Shown in pieces: positions 31,114 to 41,907 of a DNA stretch of 64,000 bases (its first letter is position 1; each line of letters starts with the position of its first letter). Under the pieces are notes generated by a model that was not told the DNA's origin, searched no databases, and saw only the letters and a list, made by a program, of their open reading frames with translations. The position numbers and the translations under genes are program-made. Source of the DNA: an uncultured Eubacterium sp. (GTDB taxonomy: Bacteria > Bacillota > Clostridia > Lachnospirales > Lachnospiraceae); NCBI GenBank assembly GCA_947088865.1, contig CAMUHY010000019.1, forward strand, positions 2,185-66,184, in the 5' to 3' direction.

Positions 31114-31608
31114 TTATCCATTTAATGCCTCAACAGCAACATTGCCTCCCCTTACAATTTCCATGCGATTGCTATAACATTTTTCCAATAAAGCAATAAA
31201 TCGGTTATTATCGTCTTCTGTCTGCACACTTTCTATCAATACATTTTCTTGATTATAATCCATTACTGTGACAGGAAAGACTTGTGCCATTCTAAAAATT
31301 TCTTCTACATCTCTATCTGAACAATGACTTATTTTAACAAACATCAACTCTTTTATATGTATATCCATCTCTGTATAGTCCACTACTTTAATAACCTCTA
31401 CACTTCTATTAAGAGACTTTTTAATCTGTTCAAATGTTCGGTCATCACTCGTCAGTCCAATTGTCATACGAGAAATACTCTTATCTTCTGTCACCCCTAC
31501 TGTCAACGAATCGACATTATAAGACTTTCCAGAAAATAAACCAGAAATTCTAGCAAGCACACCAATTTCATTTTCAACAAACAGACATATCCATCGTTTT
31601 TTTATCAT
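31114..31608 (-). CDS. ilvN: Acetolactate synthase small (regulatory) subunit
   Basis: ACT domain VENEIGVLARISGLFSGKSYNVDSLTVG; C-terminal EIVRGGNVA. Confidence 0.9.
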   Translation of the reverse strand: MIKKRWICLFVENEIGVLARISGLFSGKSYNVDSLTVGVTEDKSISRMTIGLTSDDRTFEQIKKSLNRSVEVIKVVDYTEMDIHIKELMFVKISHCSDRDVEEIFRMAQVFPVTVMDYNQENVLIESVQTEDDNNRFIALLEKCYSNRMEIVRGGNVAVEALNG

Positions 31609-33339
31609 TTACAGTTCCTCTCTTTCTATCATCATTTGATTTAAAGCATTTCCTGGTGGAACAATAGGCAGCACATTTTCTTCTCTGTCAATTATAAATT
31701 CAATAATCGTCGGCACATTTTTTGTATTTTTCGCTGTTTGCAGAGCTTTTCTTATTTCTTTTTCTTCTGTCACACGAATGCCCTTAGCGCCATAACTTTG
31801 CGCTAATTTTACAAAATCCGGCGTATATTTTGGACAACTTTTTGTTGGCGTATTACAGTGTATGGCACAACTTTTTCTGTAACGCATACAAGTACTAGAA
31901 TAATGCTTGTCAAAAAACAGTTCCTGCCATTGTCTTACATTTCCTAAATAACCATTATTAAAAATACAAATGGTGATTGGCAGCTCATAAACAATCGATG
32001 TAGCCATTTCTTGAATATTCATCTGTATACCGCCATCACCTGCAATTACAACAACGTCTGTTTGAGGATTTCCTATTTTTGCTCCAATTCCTGCTGGGAG
32101 ACCATATCCCATTGTACCTAATCCACCAGAAGTCAACAGTTGTTTCTTCTCATCCATGTCAAGAAATTGTGTTGCCCATAATTGATTTTGCCCTACATCC
32201 GTCGCAATAATTGCACTGTCAAAAATCTGATTGATATGCTTTATAATTTTTTCAGGCGTTATCCCCTCTTTTTTCATTGTAATTGGATGCTGCTTCTTCC
32301 ATGCATCAATCTGATTGACCCATGTTTTTATATTTAAAGGCATTGCCTTTTCTATCAATAAATGAATTGCTTTTCTTGCATCTGCTACAATTGGAATATC
32401 AACAACAATATTTCTTGAAATAGAAGCTGAATCAATATCAATATGAATAATCACAGCATGGGGAGCAAACTGTTCTATTTTGCCTGTAATGCGGTCATTA
32501 AATCTCGTTCCAATCGAAAAAAGCACATCACATTGAATAATGGCAGTATTCGCTGCATAGCTGCCATGTATCCCGATATTTCCTACATATAAAGGATGGG
32601 TTGTGGGAAGAACTCCTTTTCCCATTATCGTAGTAACAACAGGAACCCCTGTTATTTCTGCAAGCTTTTTCATTTCCAAAGCTGCATGACTGCTCTTTAC
32701 ACCGCCTCCAATTAAAAAAATGGGGCTTTGTGCATGGTTTAACACCTCCATTGCCCTTTTTATCTGTCCAACATGGACATATTTATTAGGCTTATATCCT
32801 CTGATTTCGATTTTATCTGGATATTCATCACTTCCATATTCTTGTTGTATATCTTTTGGCAAATCAACCACCACAACGCCATGCTTTCCAGTTTTTGCAA
32901 TATAAAACGCCTTTTTGATAATTTCAGCTAAATCCTGCCTTCTGCGAACAGTCACTGCATACTTGCAAATATTTCTTGTAATTCCTACAATGTCAACTTC
33001 TTGAAATGCATCATTTCCAATAAGATGTGTTGGCACTTGTCCTGTAAAACAGACAAGCGGAACACTGTCATAATTAGAAGTGGCAATTCCTGTCACTAGA
33101 TTGGTTGCTCCCGGACCGCTTGTAACCAAACAGACGCCAACCTTTCCAGTAGAACGTGCATATCCGTCAGCAGCATGAATCAATCCCTGTTCATGTCTTG
33201 GCAAAATAATATTAATATCGTCTTCTTTATATAAGGCATCAAATAAATCAATCACTTGTCCTCCTGGATATGCAAAAAGTGTATCTACGCTTTCTTTTTT
33301 CAGTGCTTTTACAAATAATTCTGCTCCTGTTATATTCAT
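31609..33339 (-). CDS. ilvB: Acetolactate synthase large subunit
   Basis: RHEQG..HAADGYAR, TSGPGATN, SGGLGTMGYGLP and GDGGIQMN..NN (TPP motif). Confidence 0.95.
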   Translation of the reverse strand: MNITGAELFVKALKKESVDTLFAYPGGQVIDLFDALYKEDDINIILPRHEQGLIHAADGYARSTGKVGVCLVTSGPGATNLVTGIATSNYDSVPLVCFTGQVPTHLIGNDAFQEVDIVGITRNICKYAVTVRRRQDLAEIIKKAFYIAKTGKHGVVVVDLPKDIQQEYGSDEYPDKIEIRGYKPNKYVHVGQIKRAMEVLNHAQSPIFLIGGGVKSSHAALEMKKLAEITGVPVVTTIMGKGVLPTTHPLYVGNIGIHGSYAANTAIIQCDVLFSIGTRFNDRITGKIEQFAPHAVIIHIDIDSASISRNIVVDIPIVADARKAIHLLIEKAMPLNIKTWVNQIDAWKKQHPITMKKEGITPEKIIKHINQIFDSAIIATDVGQNQLWATQFLDMDEKKQLLTSGGLGTMGYGLPAGIGAKIGNPQTDVVVIAGDGGIQMNIQEMATSIVYELPITICIFNNGYLGNVRQWQELFFDKHYSSTCMRYRKSCAIHCNTPTKSCPKYTPDFVKLAQSYGAKGIRVTEEKEIRKALQTAKNTKNVPTIIEFIIDREENVLPIVPPGNALNQMMIEREEL

Positions 33340-33390
33340 ATAAACCCTCCATTCTGAAACATATTATAAATATTGTATCAAGTTATTCAA

Positions 33391-33402
33391 GCATGTACTT
33401 GC
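33391..33402. promoter_or_regulatory. Candidate TetR operator next to the ilvB promoter
   Basis: GCATGTACTTGC is an 11/12 match to the palindrome at 34041 and abuts a minus-strand TTGAAT-16-TATAAT. Confidence 0.5.
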
Positions 33403-33453
33403 ACGCATAAAATGCAATTTAAAGGACGCTATAATATTAGCGTCACTTTTTCT

Positions 33454-34044
33454 TTATAAAATCCCTTCTAAAAAAATTTTCACACTGCATTTAATAAATT
33501 CTTCTCTGCTAACCTTTGCAAGATTTTGATTAAAAGAAGCGCTTAAAAAGGTATAACCAAACGTAGAAGAAAAAATCGTCATTGCCAAGCTCTCAAAATC
33601 AAGTGGTGCTATCTTTCCCAATTCTTGCATTTTCTTAAAATATTCAATTAAAGAAGATACAAAAGCCTGCGGCACTTTCATAATTAATGGCGCTGTTTCA
33701 GCATAAAGCTGCGGCGCTCTTAATCCAATAGACAAATTCACAAAATCGGGCGTTATCTTGTCCATATAAGCATTCATAAACATTTCTAAATCAGGCGCCA
33801 ATTCCCACTGCACATGTTGAAAAATATCTTCTGTAACATTTGCTCGCCATTTTTCTTGAGCCACTCCCTGCAACACAATATCTTTTTTATTTTGAAATTT
33901 TCTAAATAAGGTACATTCATTTACCCCTGCCAAACGTGCAATATCTTTTGTTGTCGTAGCTACATAACCCTTATCACGTATCAGAGTCATCGTAGCATCT
34001 ATAATTTTTTGACTTGTCTCATCCATCGTACAACCTCCATGCAA
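33454..34044 (-). CDS. TetR/AcrR family regulator
   Basis: KIIDATMTLIRDKGYVATTTKDIARLAGVNECTLFRKF; the true start is probably MDET. Confidence 0.9.
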   Translation of the reverse strand: MHGGCTMDETSQKIIDATMTLIRDKGYVATTTKDIARLAGVNECTLFRKFQNKKDIVLQGVAQEKWRANVTEDIFQHVQWELAPDLEMFMNAYMDKITPDFVNLSIGLRAPQLYAETAPLIMKVPQAFVSSLIEYFKKMQELGKIAPLDFESLAMTIFSSTFGYTFLSASFNQNLAKVSREEFIKCSVKIFLEGIL

Positions 34045-34052
34045 GTACTTGC
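34041..34052. promoter_or_regulatory. Candidate TetR autoregulatory operator
   Basis: Perfect palindrome GCAAGTACTTGC between a TTGACA-17-TAAAAT promoter and the RBS. Confidence 0.6.
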
Positions 34053-34173
34053 TATCATTTTAGTAGAGTTTTATTAAAATGTCAATGAAAAAAATTCTAT
34101 CGTTCAACTTCGCAAAATAATTAAAATAGGACAATTCCCTATTTCAGTGAAATGTCCTATTATTTTAAACTAT

Positions 34174-34806
34174 CTATTTATATTCATTCATAAATGTCTG
34201 TAACTTTTCTGTAAATCTTCCAATATGTAAACCATCAACAAATGAATGATGTGCCTGCACAGAAACGGGCATTAGCACTCTGCCCTCTCTTTCAAAATAT
34301 TTCCCCCAATCAAATAAAGGTGTTGCATTTCCTTTTTTACCTGAATTGGTATGCGATATATGCGTATATGTTACCCAAGGCATAGGCGAACATTGAAAAA
34401 CATCATTTCCTAATGGTCCTGTAAAATATTGTGTTTGTTCTTTTGCCGTTTTCGTCGCCAAGTCAATGTATTCTTGCATTGTATGTGTCATAGGCACTTG
34501 AACAACTTTAAATAATTCTGTTTCCTGATTTAGATATGTAAAAGCAGTATCAATCTTATCAAACAATACGACATTGTCCTCCACAAAACGATACCGAAAT
34601 TCCTCTATCTCATTGGCACATTTACAGACAGCATAAACCATTGCAATAGTAAATGAATATCTTTGTTCTTTGATTCTTTTTAGAAAATTTGTAATATCCA
34701 ATTCAAATGTCACACAAAAAGCAGGTTCAATACTATTCTTAAATACCATGCAGTGCATTGCTCTTTTCCACGTTTTTTCATCTATTATTTGATATGTATT
34801 AGCCAT
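34174..34806 (-). CDS. CatA-like O-acetyltransferase (chloramphenicol acetyltransferase family)
   Basis: SPMPWVTYT, GKY..EGRVLMPVSVQAHHSFVDGLH (catalytic His motif). Confidence 0.85.
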   Translation of the reverse strand: MANTYQIIDEKTWKRAMHCMVFKNSIEPAFCVTFELDITNFLKRIKEQRYSFTIAMVYAVCKCANEIEEFRYRFVEDNVVLFDKIDTAFTYLNQETELFKVVQVPMTHTMQEYIDLATKTAKEQTQYFTGPLGNDVFQCSPMPWVTYTHISHTNSGKKGNATPLFDWGKYFEREGRVLMPVSVQAHHSFVDGLHIGRFTEKLQTFMNEYK

Positions 34807-35811
34807 AGAATTATCCTTTCTCTTTTATTTTTATTCAGCATTCTTGGTAAACTCTTTGATTGACTCAACAAATTCAAAATATTTCTATTCATATTAGCCA
34901 TATTTTCTTGTCCGAAAATCTGTGATGCATAGTTCAATAATTCTTTATTAATTCCATTGATAGCTCATTTTAAATAATATTTCCCACCGATTCTTATAAG
35001 AATTTGTCATGACATCCCCCCTTCTCTTTCACTCTTTGTACGAAGCTTTGCTGATACAACAAATATTTTTATAATTGTTTTATTATATCATACATAGTCT
35101 ATTTTTTCAAATCAAAAGCACATTTTTATATATCAAAAAAATAACAATAAATTTTTCAACATATATAACTCATATAAACCAATTCAAACGCTATAACATC
35201 TACCATAGCACTTAACCCAACAAAACAATCTATATATCCAATATTTCCATATTTCCTATTCCATTTGCACTTGGATAAATTCTTCTGTCTTTTGTTTCTC
35301 ATAATAATCATTCAAAAGCCTAGCTTCCTTATAAATAAAAGTTAAGTGGATATTCGTAATCTACTATGCTGCTTGATAAGGTTAAAATTCCTGTTTAGTC
35401 TGGCAATTTCAAAACCAATTTTTACCATCCCAAGTAACAAACTGCCTACCTTGCCGACAACAGTCAAATACAAGAATGCTTTGAGCGCCTCATAGAGGAC
35501 ATGAAATAGGTACAAGACATAACAAAACGCCTAAAGAAAAAAACGTTTTAGAATGAGTCGGGAATATCCAAAAATTCTAATTTTAGAACAGCTCAATAAT
35601 ATAAAAGCTTATGCAAGAGAAATTATGAACAGGTAAATATTCTATATAAAGATAATAATTTTACAAAGTATTTATTGTAATGAGATAAGCATACAAACTA
35701 TAATATTTTGAATAGTTGAAGTTATGATAATATGAATTTTTATAAAAAAATAAATTTTTTCTGTCACACAAACAAGAAAACGTTGTCTAATTAAATAGGA
35801 GGTAAAAATCG

Positions 35812-36663
35812 ATGAATAAAAAAACGAATGAAGAATTACTCACTTTGGTAGAAAAAGCCACAGCGGGAGATAAAAAATCCCTTGAAACCCTTGTCACAAA
35901 CGTGCAGGACATTATATTTAATTTATCCCTGCGGATGCTTGGCACATTTGCAGATGCAGAAGACGCCACACAGGATATTTTGCTGAAAATGATTACCCAT
36001 TTATCCTCTTTTAAAGGTGAAAGTTCATTTACAACATGGGTTTTCAGTATTGCTGCTAATCATCTGAAAACTTATAAAAAGCATATGTTTGCCCACTATC
36101 CGTTGAGTTTTGAATATTATGGAGATGACATAAAAAACGGAAAAATACAGGATGTGCCAGATTTAACACAAAATGTAGAAAAAGACATTCTGGCTGAGGA
36201 ACTGAAAATGTCTTGTACCAACGTAATGCTGCAATGCCTTGATATGGAAAGCAGATGTATTTTCATACTGGGTACAATGTTTAAAATTGACAGTCGCATT
36301 GCAGGAGATATTTTGGAAATGACCCCAGAAGCATATCGTCAACGGCTTTTCCGCATACGTAGGAAAATGGCAGATTTTCTTGGACAATATTGCGGAGAAT
36401 ATGGTAATGGCAAATGTAAATGTAAAGACAGGGTGAATTATGCAATACAAAGTCATAGAATAACCCCACTTCAACTGGATTATACAGTAGCCACAGAAAT
36501 TCCTATTAAGACTATGTTTGAGGTAAAAAATGCTATGGAAGATATTGACGATTTATCACAAAATTTCTCGTTCTGTAAGTCCTACCAATCTCCCGAACGC
36601 ATAAAACATCTAATACAGGAATTATTAGATTCTACACAGCTTTCCATTATCCAAAATTCGTAA
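35812..36663 (+). CDS. ECF RNA polymerase sigma factor with a C-terminal extension
   Basis: DAEDATQDILLK..FKGESSFTTWVFSIAAN (region 2) and region 4 TPEAYRQRLFRIRR. Confidence 0.85.
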   Translation: MNKKTNEELLTLVEKATAGDKKSLETLVTNVQDIIFNLSLRMLGTFADAEDATQDILLKMITHLSSFKGESSFTTWVFSIAANHLKTYKKHMFAHYPLSFEYYGDDIKNGKIQDVPDLTQNVEKDILAEELKMSCTNVMLQCLDMESRCIFILGTMFKIDSRIAGDILEMTPEAYRQRLFRIRRKMADFLGQYCGEYGNGKCKCKDRVNYAIQSHRITPLQLDYTVATEIPIKTMFEVKNAMEDIDDLSQNFSFCKSYQSPERIKHLIQELLDSTQLSIIQNS

Positions 36664-36678
36664 AGGAGATAATAGATT

Positions 36679-37362
36679 ATGAATATACAGACAATTATAG
36701 ATTACTTATCGTTACTTAGCATGAATAACAACCGTGATTGGTATCATGCAAATAAGGAGGATTACAAAAAAGCAAATACTGAGTTTGAAAATCTGTTACA
36801 AGCGTTGATATTAGAAATTGGAAAATTCGACAACAGCATTTTACATAATAATCCAAAAGACCTTACATTTAAAATTGTAAGGGATACACGTTTCAGCCAT
36901 GATAAATCACCTTATAATCCTGCTTTCCGTGCCCATATTTCCTCTGAAGGTAAACTGCCTGTTCCTGTCGGATATTATCTTATGATAAAGCCAAACAATC
37001 AGTCCTTTTTGGGAGGGGGCTTATTTACAGATATGTTTAAAGATGCAACAACGATGATACGGAATCATATTGCCCAAAATGGAGAAGAATGGGAAAAGAT
37101 TATCCACGAGCCAAAATTTAAAAAATATTTCACTATAAAGGGAACAGCATTAAAGAATGTTCCTGCGGGATATGAAAAAGAGCATCCACAGGCAGAATAT
37201 CTAAAATATAAGAGTTGGTATCTGGAATATCCGTTAGAAGATAAAGAACTCAATAATGCAAAAACATTTCTTTCAAAAGCAGTGGAAATTTTCCGAATTA
37301 TGAAACCATTTAATGATTTTCTGAACAAAGCACTTGTAAATTTTCAGATGCCGACAAGATAA
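36679..37362 (+). CDS. DUF2461 family protein
   Basis: NNNRDWYHANK, RDTRFSHDKSPY and LKNVPAGYEKEHP.AEYLKYKS. Confidence 0.85.
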   Translation: MNIQTIIDYLSLLSMNNNRDWYHANKEDYKKANTEFENLLQALILEIGKFDNSILHNNPKDLTFKIVRDTRFSHDKSPYNPAFRAHISSEGKLPVPVGYYLMIKPNNQSFLGGGLFTDMFKDATTMIRNHIAQNGEEWEKIIHEPKFKKYFTIKGTALKNVPAGYEKEHPQAEYLKYKSWYLEYPLEDKELNNAKTFLSKAVEIFRIMKPFNDFLNKALVNFQMPTR

Positions 37363-37513
37363 AGAAATATTTAATATTGAGATTAATAGCAAATTTATAT
37401 AATTAAGAAAGATTCTATTGCATTTTTTTATAAGGTATCCATATGTTTTTATATTTTTTGGTATGGCGACCTGAGTTATATATTTTTTATGATAAAAATT
37501 GGTATATATACAA

Positions 37514-37551
37514 AATCACTCCCTATTTAATTTTACATTAATTAGGGAGTG
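37514..37551. terminator. Probable terminator between convergent genes
   Basis: ATCACTCCCTA...TAGGGAGTGAT inverted repeat. Confidence 0.55.
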
Positions 37552-37657
37552 ATGGAGTAAATAAAAGGTTCCATATTTTCAAAGATAGATGGTTGAAAAT
37601 ATAAATTATTATAATTTAATGATTTTGAGAAAAAATATTGCATATGCTAAATGCCAA

Positions 37658-38443
37658 TCAAACATTACTAAACATACCATTCAACATGGATAACACTTTC
37701 TCCATCCCGTTCTCCTTAGAGCCGGAAGTCTTGTAGGTATCTTTCCATGCCTGCGCCAGTCGTTTCATTTTCTGTCCGATTGTTTCTTCTTTATCTGTTG
37801 TCTGTGGCTTTTTATTAGTATCCATAAAAGATGTTTGCTTGCTCCCCGCTTTAGAAGAAAGCCTTTGAAATTCACTTGTAATCATTTCCTTGACATCTGC
37901 CCCGTCTGCCACCCTTTGGAACGCTTTATCCAGTTCGTTTAATTCTTCTTCCATAGTCATTTTCCGATAACCTGCTTCAGAAGTTTCATCTTCTACATAA
38001 CGCTCCCTTGTGCCATTCTGATAACCTTGCACAATTTCATCATAAAGATTCCCATAAGCCCTGACACAATCCTCTGCCTTGTTTGAAAGGTTGTATGTAC
38101 TGCCGCTTTTCCTCTGTTCTTTCAGCATTTCCGTTTCTTTGGCTAAATCATTGCCATAATTATTTGCAAGCAGAGCATTTGTCGCCTGCTTTGCCTGCCT
38201 TATGATGCTGTCCTTGTCTGCTTTTACAATGACTTTGCCGCTCCCGTTCATGCCACTTTCATAGAGCTTTTTTCGATAACTTTTTATGCCCTCCTGCGAA
38301 ATTAAAATTTTTACCGCATTATCCTCTTTTGTAGATAATGCGCTTTTTTCTTTTTCACCGGAATTATCAACTTTCATATTTTGAAACCAATTACTTCCTG
38401 CTCTAACTTGACTTACATTCCCATCAACATTATTTACTGACAT
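37658..38443 (-). CDS. Hypothetical helical protein
   Basis: 261-aa ORF with an AGGAGG RBS; no recognisable catalytic motif. Confidence 0.7.
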   Translation of the reverse strand: MSVNNVDGNVSQVRAGSNWFQNMKVDNSGEKEKSALSTKEDNAVKILISQEGIKSYRKKLYESGMNGSGKVIVKADKDSIIRQAKQATNALLANNYGNDLAKETEMLKEQRKSGSTYNLSNKAEDCVRAYGNLYDEIVQGYQNGTRERYVEDETSEAGYRKMTMEEELNELDKAFQRVADGADVKEMITSEFQRLSSKAGSKQTSFMDTNKKPQTTDKEETIGQKMKRLAQAWKDTYKTSGSKENGMEKVLSMLNGMFSNV

Positions 38444-38605
38444 ATCAATTCCTCCTAAATATCTAAAACTTTATAAACAATACTGCTGCAACATTCCTAC
38501 GCATTAAAGTCTACCCCGCCAAGTGTCCCATCAAGCTATTCAAAAACGAATAATGCGAAAACTCTCTCATATTGTTACTGTTGATATTCATATCTTCGAC
38601 TCCTC

Positions 38606-39418
38606 TTATATCTTCAAATCCAAATTTGCACCAACCGCATTTGCATTATTGCCCTGCTTTTTACCTATCTGTTCTTCTTCCTGTTCCTTTGCTGCTTCAA
38701 TGATTTTCTGCATATCGTCATTACCAAGCAATATTCTTCCGTCCTTTGCCTTTTCTATCTTTTCTGACAGCAATTGTTCCACTTTATCCTGATTGGTATC
38801 CAATTTGACAACCATAATGCCTGTCTTATCCTGTTCTTTTTCTGCCTCCTCTGCCTTTTTTGCCATATTCTCCGAAAGCTGATCTGCTTTTTTACGGGCA
38901 TTTTCACGTATCTTCTCAATCTGCTTTTCAGCATTTTCCTGTGCCTCTTTACGAAGCTTTTCATTCAACTCATCTTTTCTTATTGAAATGGAAAAATTAG
39001 AAAAATTGCCGTTTTCGTCAACATACCCATGCCTGACAATTGTCGTATGCCCTATTGATTTTTTATAATTATCAAGCCATTTTGTAGCCGCTTCAATATC
39101 TTTTAACCGCTGTGTATATTCCTTTGCCACCTTTGGATCATTTTGCATCTTCTCTAGGAACTTAGGGCTGACATCCAAAACATTCACTCTGCCATCATTA
39201 TTTGTATTAAGCCCATATCCAATCTGCAGCTTCATATAAGGTACTTGTTTCTGCAAATCATTAAGATATTCCTCATTGCTGCGTTTCTTTGCTGTTTCAG
39301 TACTTTTTTGTGTAGCTGTTGTTTCTTTTGTTTCCTCTTTCTTTACCACTTCTTTTCTTGTTGAAGTATATGTGCTTTCATAAACATTGTTGTAATTGCT
39401 CAATCCTGTAATTGCCAT
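38606..39418 (-). CDS. Hypothetical protein (DUF6033-like)
   Basis: 270-aa ORF with an AGGAGG RBS, ISPKFLEKM..DP motif and C-terminal GANLDLKI. Confidence 0.65.
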   Translation of the reverse strand: MAITGLSNYNNVYESTYTSTRKEVVKKEETKETTATQKSTETAKKRSNEEYLNDLQKQVPYMKLQIGYGLNTNNDGRVNVLDVSPKFLEKMQNDPKVAKEYTQRLKDIEAATKWLDNYKKSIGHTTIVRHGYVDENGNFSNFSISIRKDELNEKLRKEAQENAEKQIEKIRENARKKADQLSENMAKKAEEAEKEQDKTGIMVVKLDTNQDKVEQLLSEKIEKAKDGRILLGNDDMQKIIEAAKEQEEEQIGKKQGNNANAVGANLDLKI

Positions 39419-39497
39419 AATACAATCCTCCTTGATAAAAATTTGATTGTAATCTATATTTATTTTTAAAAGGTAATCCCTCTTAAAATTCTGCGCT

Positions 39498-40937
39498 CTA
39501 ACCCTTTAGCATAACAGACAATATAAATCTTCCTTTTTCTGCAATACAATCCATATCACCCGCATATTTTAAGGCACAATACCTGATATTTTTAAGCCCA
39601 ATGCCATGTAAATTGCTATCAGCCTTTGTGGTACTAGGATAGCCGTCTTTTCCCCATTTCACTTCTCCGTCAAAGCTGTTCTCAATTTCTATGAAAAACA
39701 TGTTCTGTTTCCAAAAAGACTTTATCTTGATATACAGCTCTTTATCTTGATTTTTCAGCCTTGCTTTACGACAGGCTTCAATCGCATTATCTAACCCATT
39801 ATTTAGGATAATGCCTATGTCATAAGCCCTTATATGAACCTTATCCGTCAAAAGAAAGCCGTCCGCTTCTAAATAAATACCTTTTAATTCCTTTGACGCA
39901 TAATAAAACTTACTGCTGATAACTGCGTCACTTACCACATTTCCTGTATGTATTTTCTGTTCCAAATTCATCAGCGTTTTCTTCATATCTTCAAAATACC
40001 CAGTTATTTCTTCATTTTCCGTTATCTGTCGTTCTCTTAATAATTTTTCCATAACCGACATTTGGTTTTTCATATCATGCTTTACATGGCTGACGCTCTC
40101 ATAAAAACGCTCCATTTCCAACATGGAATTTTCCATTTGGGAAATCTGGTTCTCTAATACATTTTTTTGTGTGCGTTCTTCCTGCAATCCTACCATTTCT
40201 TGTTGCAGTTTAAAACTATATAAAATAGCAAGCCAAACAACAACGGATATTAAGGTAATAAACAAATATATTTCCATGTAGTTATCGTAATAAACAAGAT
40301 GATGTTCCTTGTTTATAACTGCTATGATGAACCGAAAAATAATAGCGGTTAAAGCACCCATAAATGCAGGCAATGTGTAAAATATTGTTTCTTTTGTATT
40401 GCTTCCATCTATGGAGCGGCTATGATTTTTTATGATAATTTTCACAGAAAGATATAGCAAAATTTCTATGATTGCCTCTGCCATTAAATCAATATACTTT
40501 ACCATTGTTGGTATTATGGCAACGTTATACATAACTTCTGATAATTTATCTACCACATAATTCAAAAACAACATAGCAGCATATCCTATTTGATTAAAAA
40601 TGCTGTCTAAAGCAACAAAAAGTAATGCTATAAATATCTTTGCTGACTGACTGCCTTGATAAAGAAACACGCCGATAAAATATATTACAATCAGCTTAAA
40701 AACAAAGTATGGCATTTCCATTTCTAACATAATCAACGGATTAGCATACATGGCATATCTGACCGCAATTTTTATGATAAGCCACACCATAATCACTAAA
40801 AAGTCATGTACGCTTCTCTGCCTTATCTTCGGCTTCGTAAATTCTCTAAAAAGCAGGCACAAACAATATCCATCAAATAAATATCTGATTACAGTAATGA
40901 TAAACTCTGCCGCTTTATACATGGGAGACACCCCCAT
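39498..40937 (-). CDS. GHKL sensor histidine kinase (AgrC/VirS-like)
   Basis: Multi-TM N-terminus, HVKHDMKNQ, ILNNGLDNAIEA and HGIGLKNI. Confidence 0.9.
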   Translation of the reverse strand: MGVSPMYKAAEFIITVIRYLFDGYCLCLLFREFTKPKIRQRSVHDFLVIMVWLIIKIAVRYAMYANPLIMLEMEMPYFVFKLIVIYFIGVFLYQGSQSAKIFIALLFVALDSIFNQIGYAAMLFLNYVVDKLSEVMYNVAIIPTMVKYIDLMAEAIIEILLYLSVKIIIKNHSRSIDGSNTKETIFYTLPAFMGALTAIIFRFIIAVINKEHHLVYYDNYMEIYLFITLISVVVWLAILYSFKLQQEMVGLQEERTQKNVLENQISQMENSMLEMERFYESVSHVKHDMKNQMSVMEKLLRERQITENEEITGYFEDMKKTLMNLEQKIHTGNVVSDAVISSKFYYASKELKGIYLEADGFLLTDKVHIRAYDIGIILNNGLDNAIEACRKARLKNQDKELYIKIKSFWKQNMFFIEIENSFDGEVKWGKDGYPSTTKADSNLHGIGLKNIRYCALKYAGDMDCIAEKGRFILSVMLKG

Positions 40938-41628
40938 TCCGTAGGTATCTCATATACTGTTTAACAAAATCATGGTATCTGTTTTTTGATAAATATATTT
41001 TCTCCCCATTGGTAAGCATAATATTTTTCGTATCATATTCAGCCACATAGGATAAATTTACTAAATACCCTCTATGACAGCGGCAAAAACCCTCCCCTGC
41101 TTCTCGTTCCATATCTGCCATAACGCCATAGAATGAAATTTCTCCTCTCACAGTATGGACTGCAATTTTACGCATTTCATTTTCAAAATAAAAAATATCT
41201 GCAACATTCAAGGTTATGTTCTTGTTCCTTGTTTTGATAAATATATGTCTGCTTTTTAAGTCCTGCTTTTTCTCTATTTCTTTTTTTGCCCTTTCAAGCA
41301 CTTCTTGTAATTTTTTATCATCAACAGGCTTTATCAGATAATGCAGAGCTGCCACGTCAAAGGCTTCAAACACATATTCTTTTGCACCGGTTATAAACAC
41401 GATAACGCTTTCTTCGTCCAGTTCCCGTAATTTCTTAGCAGTTTCCACACCGTTCATTTTTTCCATTTGAATATCCAAAAAATAGATGTCAAATACCTCT
41501 CCCTGCGATAATAATTCTTCACTGGAAAAAAAGCCCTGTATCGTAACATTCGGCATATATTTTTTAATCCTGCCGCTAATCTGTTCAACAAATACTGGCT
41601 CATCATCACAGACTGCGATCTTTAGCAT
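40915..41628 (-). CDS. LytTR-family response regulator
   Basis: IAVCDDE, FLDIQM, YLIKP and FCRCHRGYLVNL. Confidence 0.93.
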   Translation of the reverse strand: MLKIAVCDDEPVFVEQISGRIKKYMPNVTIQGFFSSEELLSQGEVFDIYFLDIQMEKMNGVETAKKLRELDEESVIVFITGAKEYVFEAFDVAALHYLIKPVDDKKLQEVLERAKKEIEKKQDLKSRHIFIKTRNKNITLNVADIFYFENEMRKIAVHTVRGEISFYGVMADMEREAGEGFCRCHRGYLVNLSYVAEYDTKNIMLTNGEKIYLSKNRYHDFVKQYMRYLRNGGVSHV

Positions 41629-41692
41629 ACAACCACCCCTGTTTCTTTATAGGTTTATTACATATATCGGCAAATTTTTTGTTTAAATTTCC

Positions 41693-41729
41693 GAAATGTA
41701 ACCAATCCCCCTTTGAAATGTAACCAATC
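41693..41729. promoter_or_regulatory. Candidate LytTR binding site (direct repeat)
   Basis: GAAATGTAACCAATC occurs twice with a 22-bp period, upstream of the LytTR gene. Confidence 0.6.
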
Positions 41730-41907
41730 TCTTTTTACTGAAAATTGAATAATCCCTTTTGTGCGATTATCTTTTTATTGTTCTGTCCCGTTTCAGCTGC
41801 TTCGCCTGCCTCAAGATACTGTCTACATTCTGCTTGATTGTGTCGTACTGCTTTACTTTCTTTTTTAGCTTCCCATACTCTTAATATAAAAAAGATTATC
41901 AAAATTA

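Noticed and set aside
34810-35010. Small gene upstream of the CAT-like gene
   Set aside because: All frames are interrupted by stops, and no recognisable product emerges.
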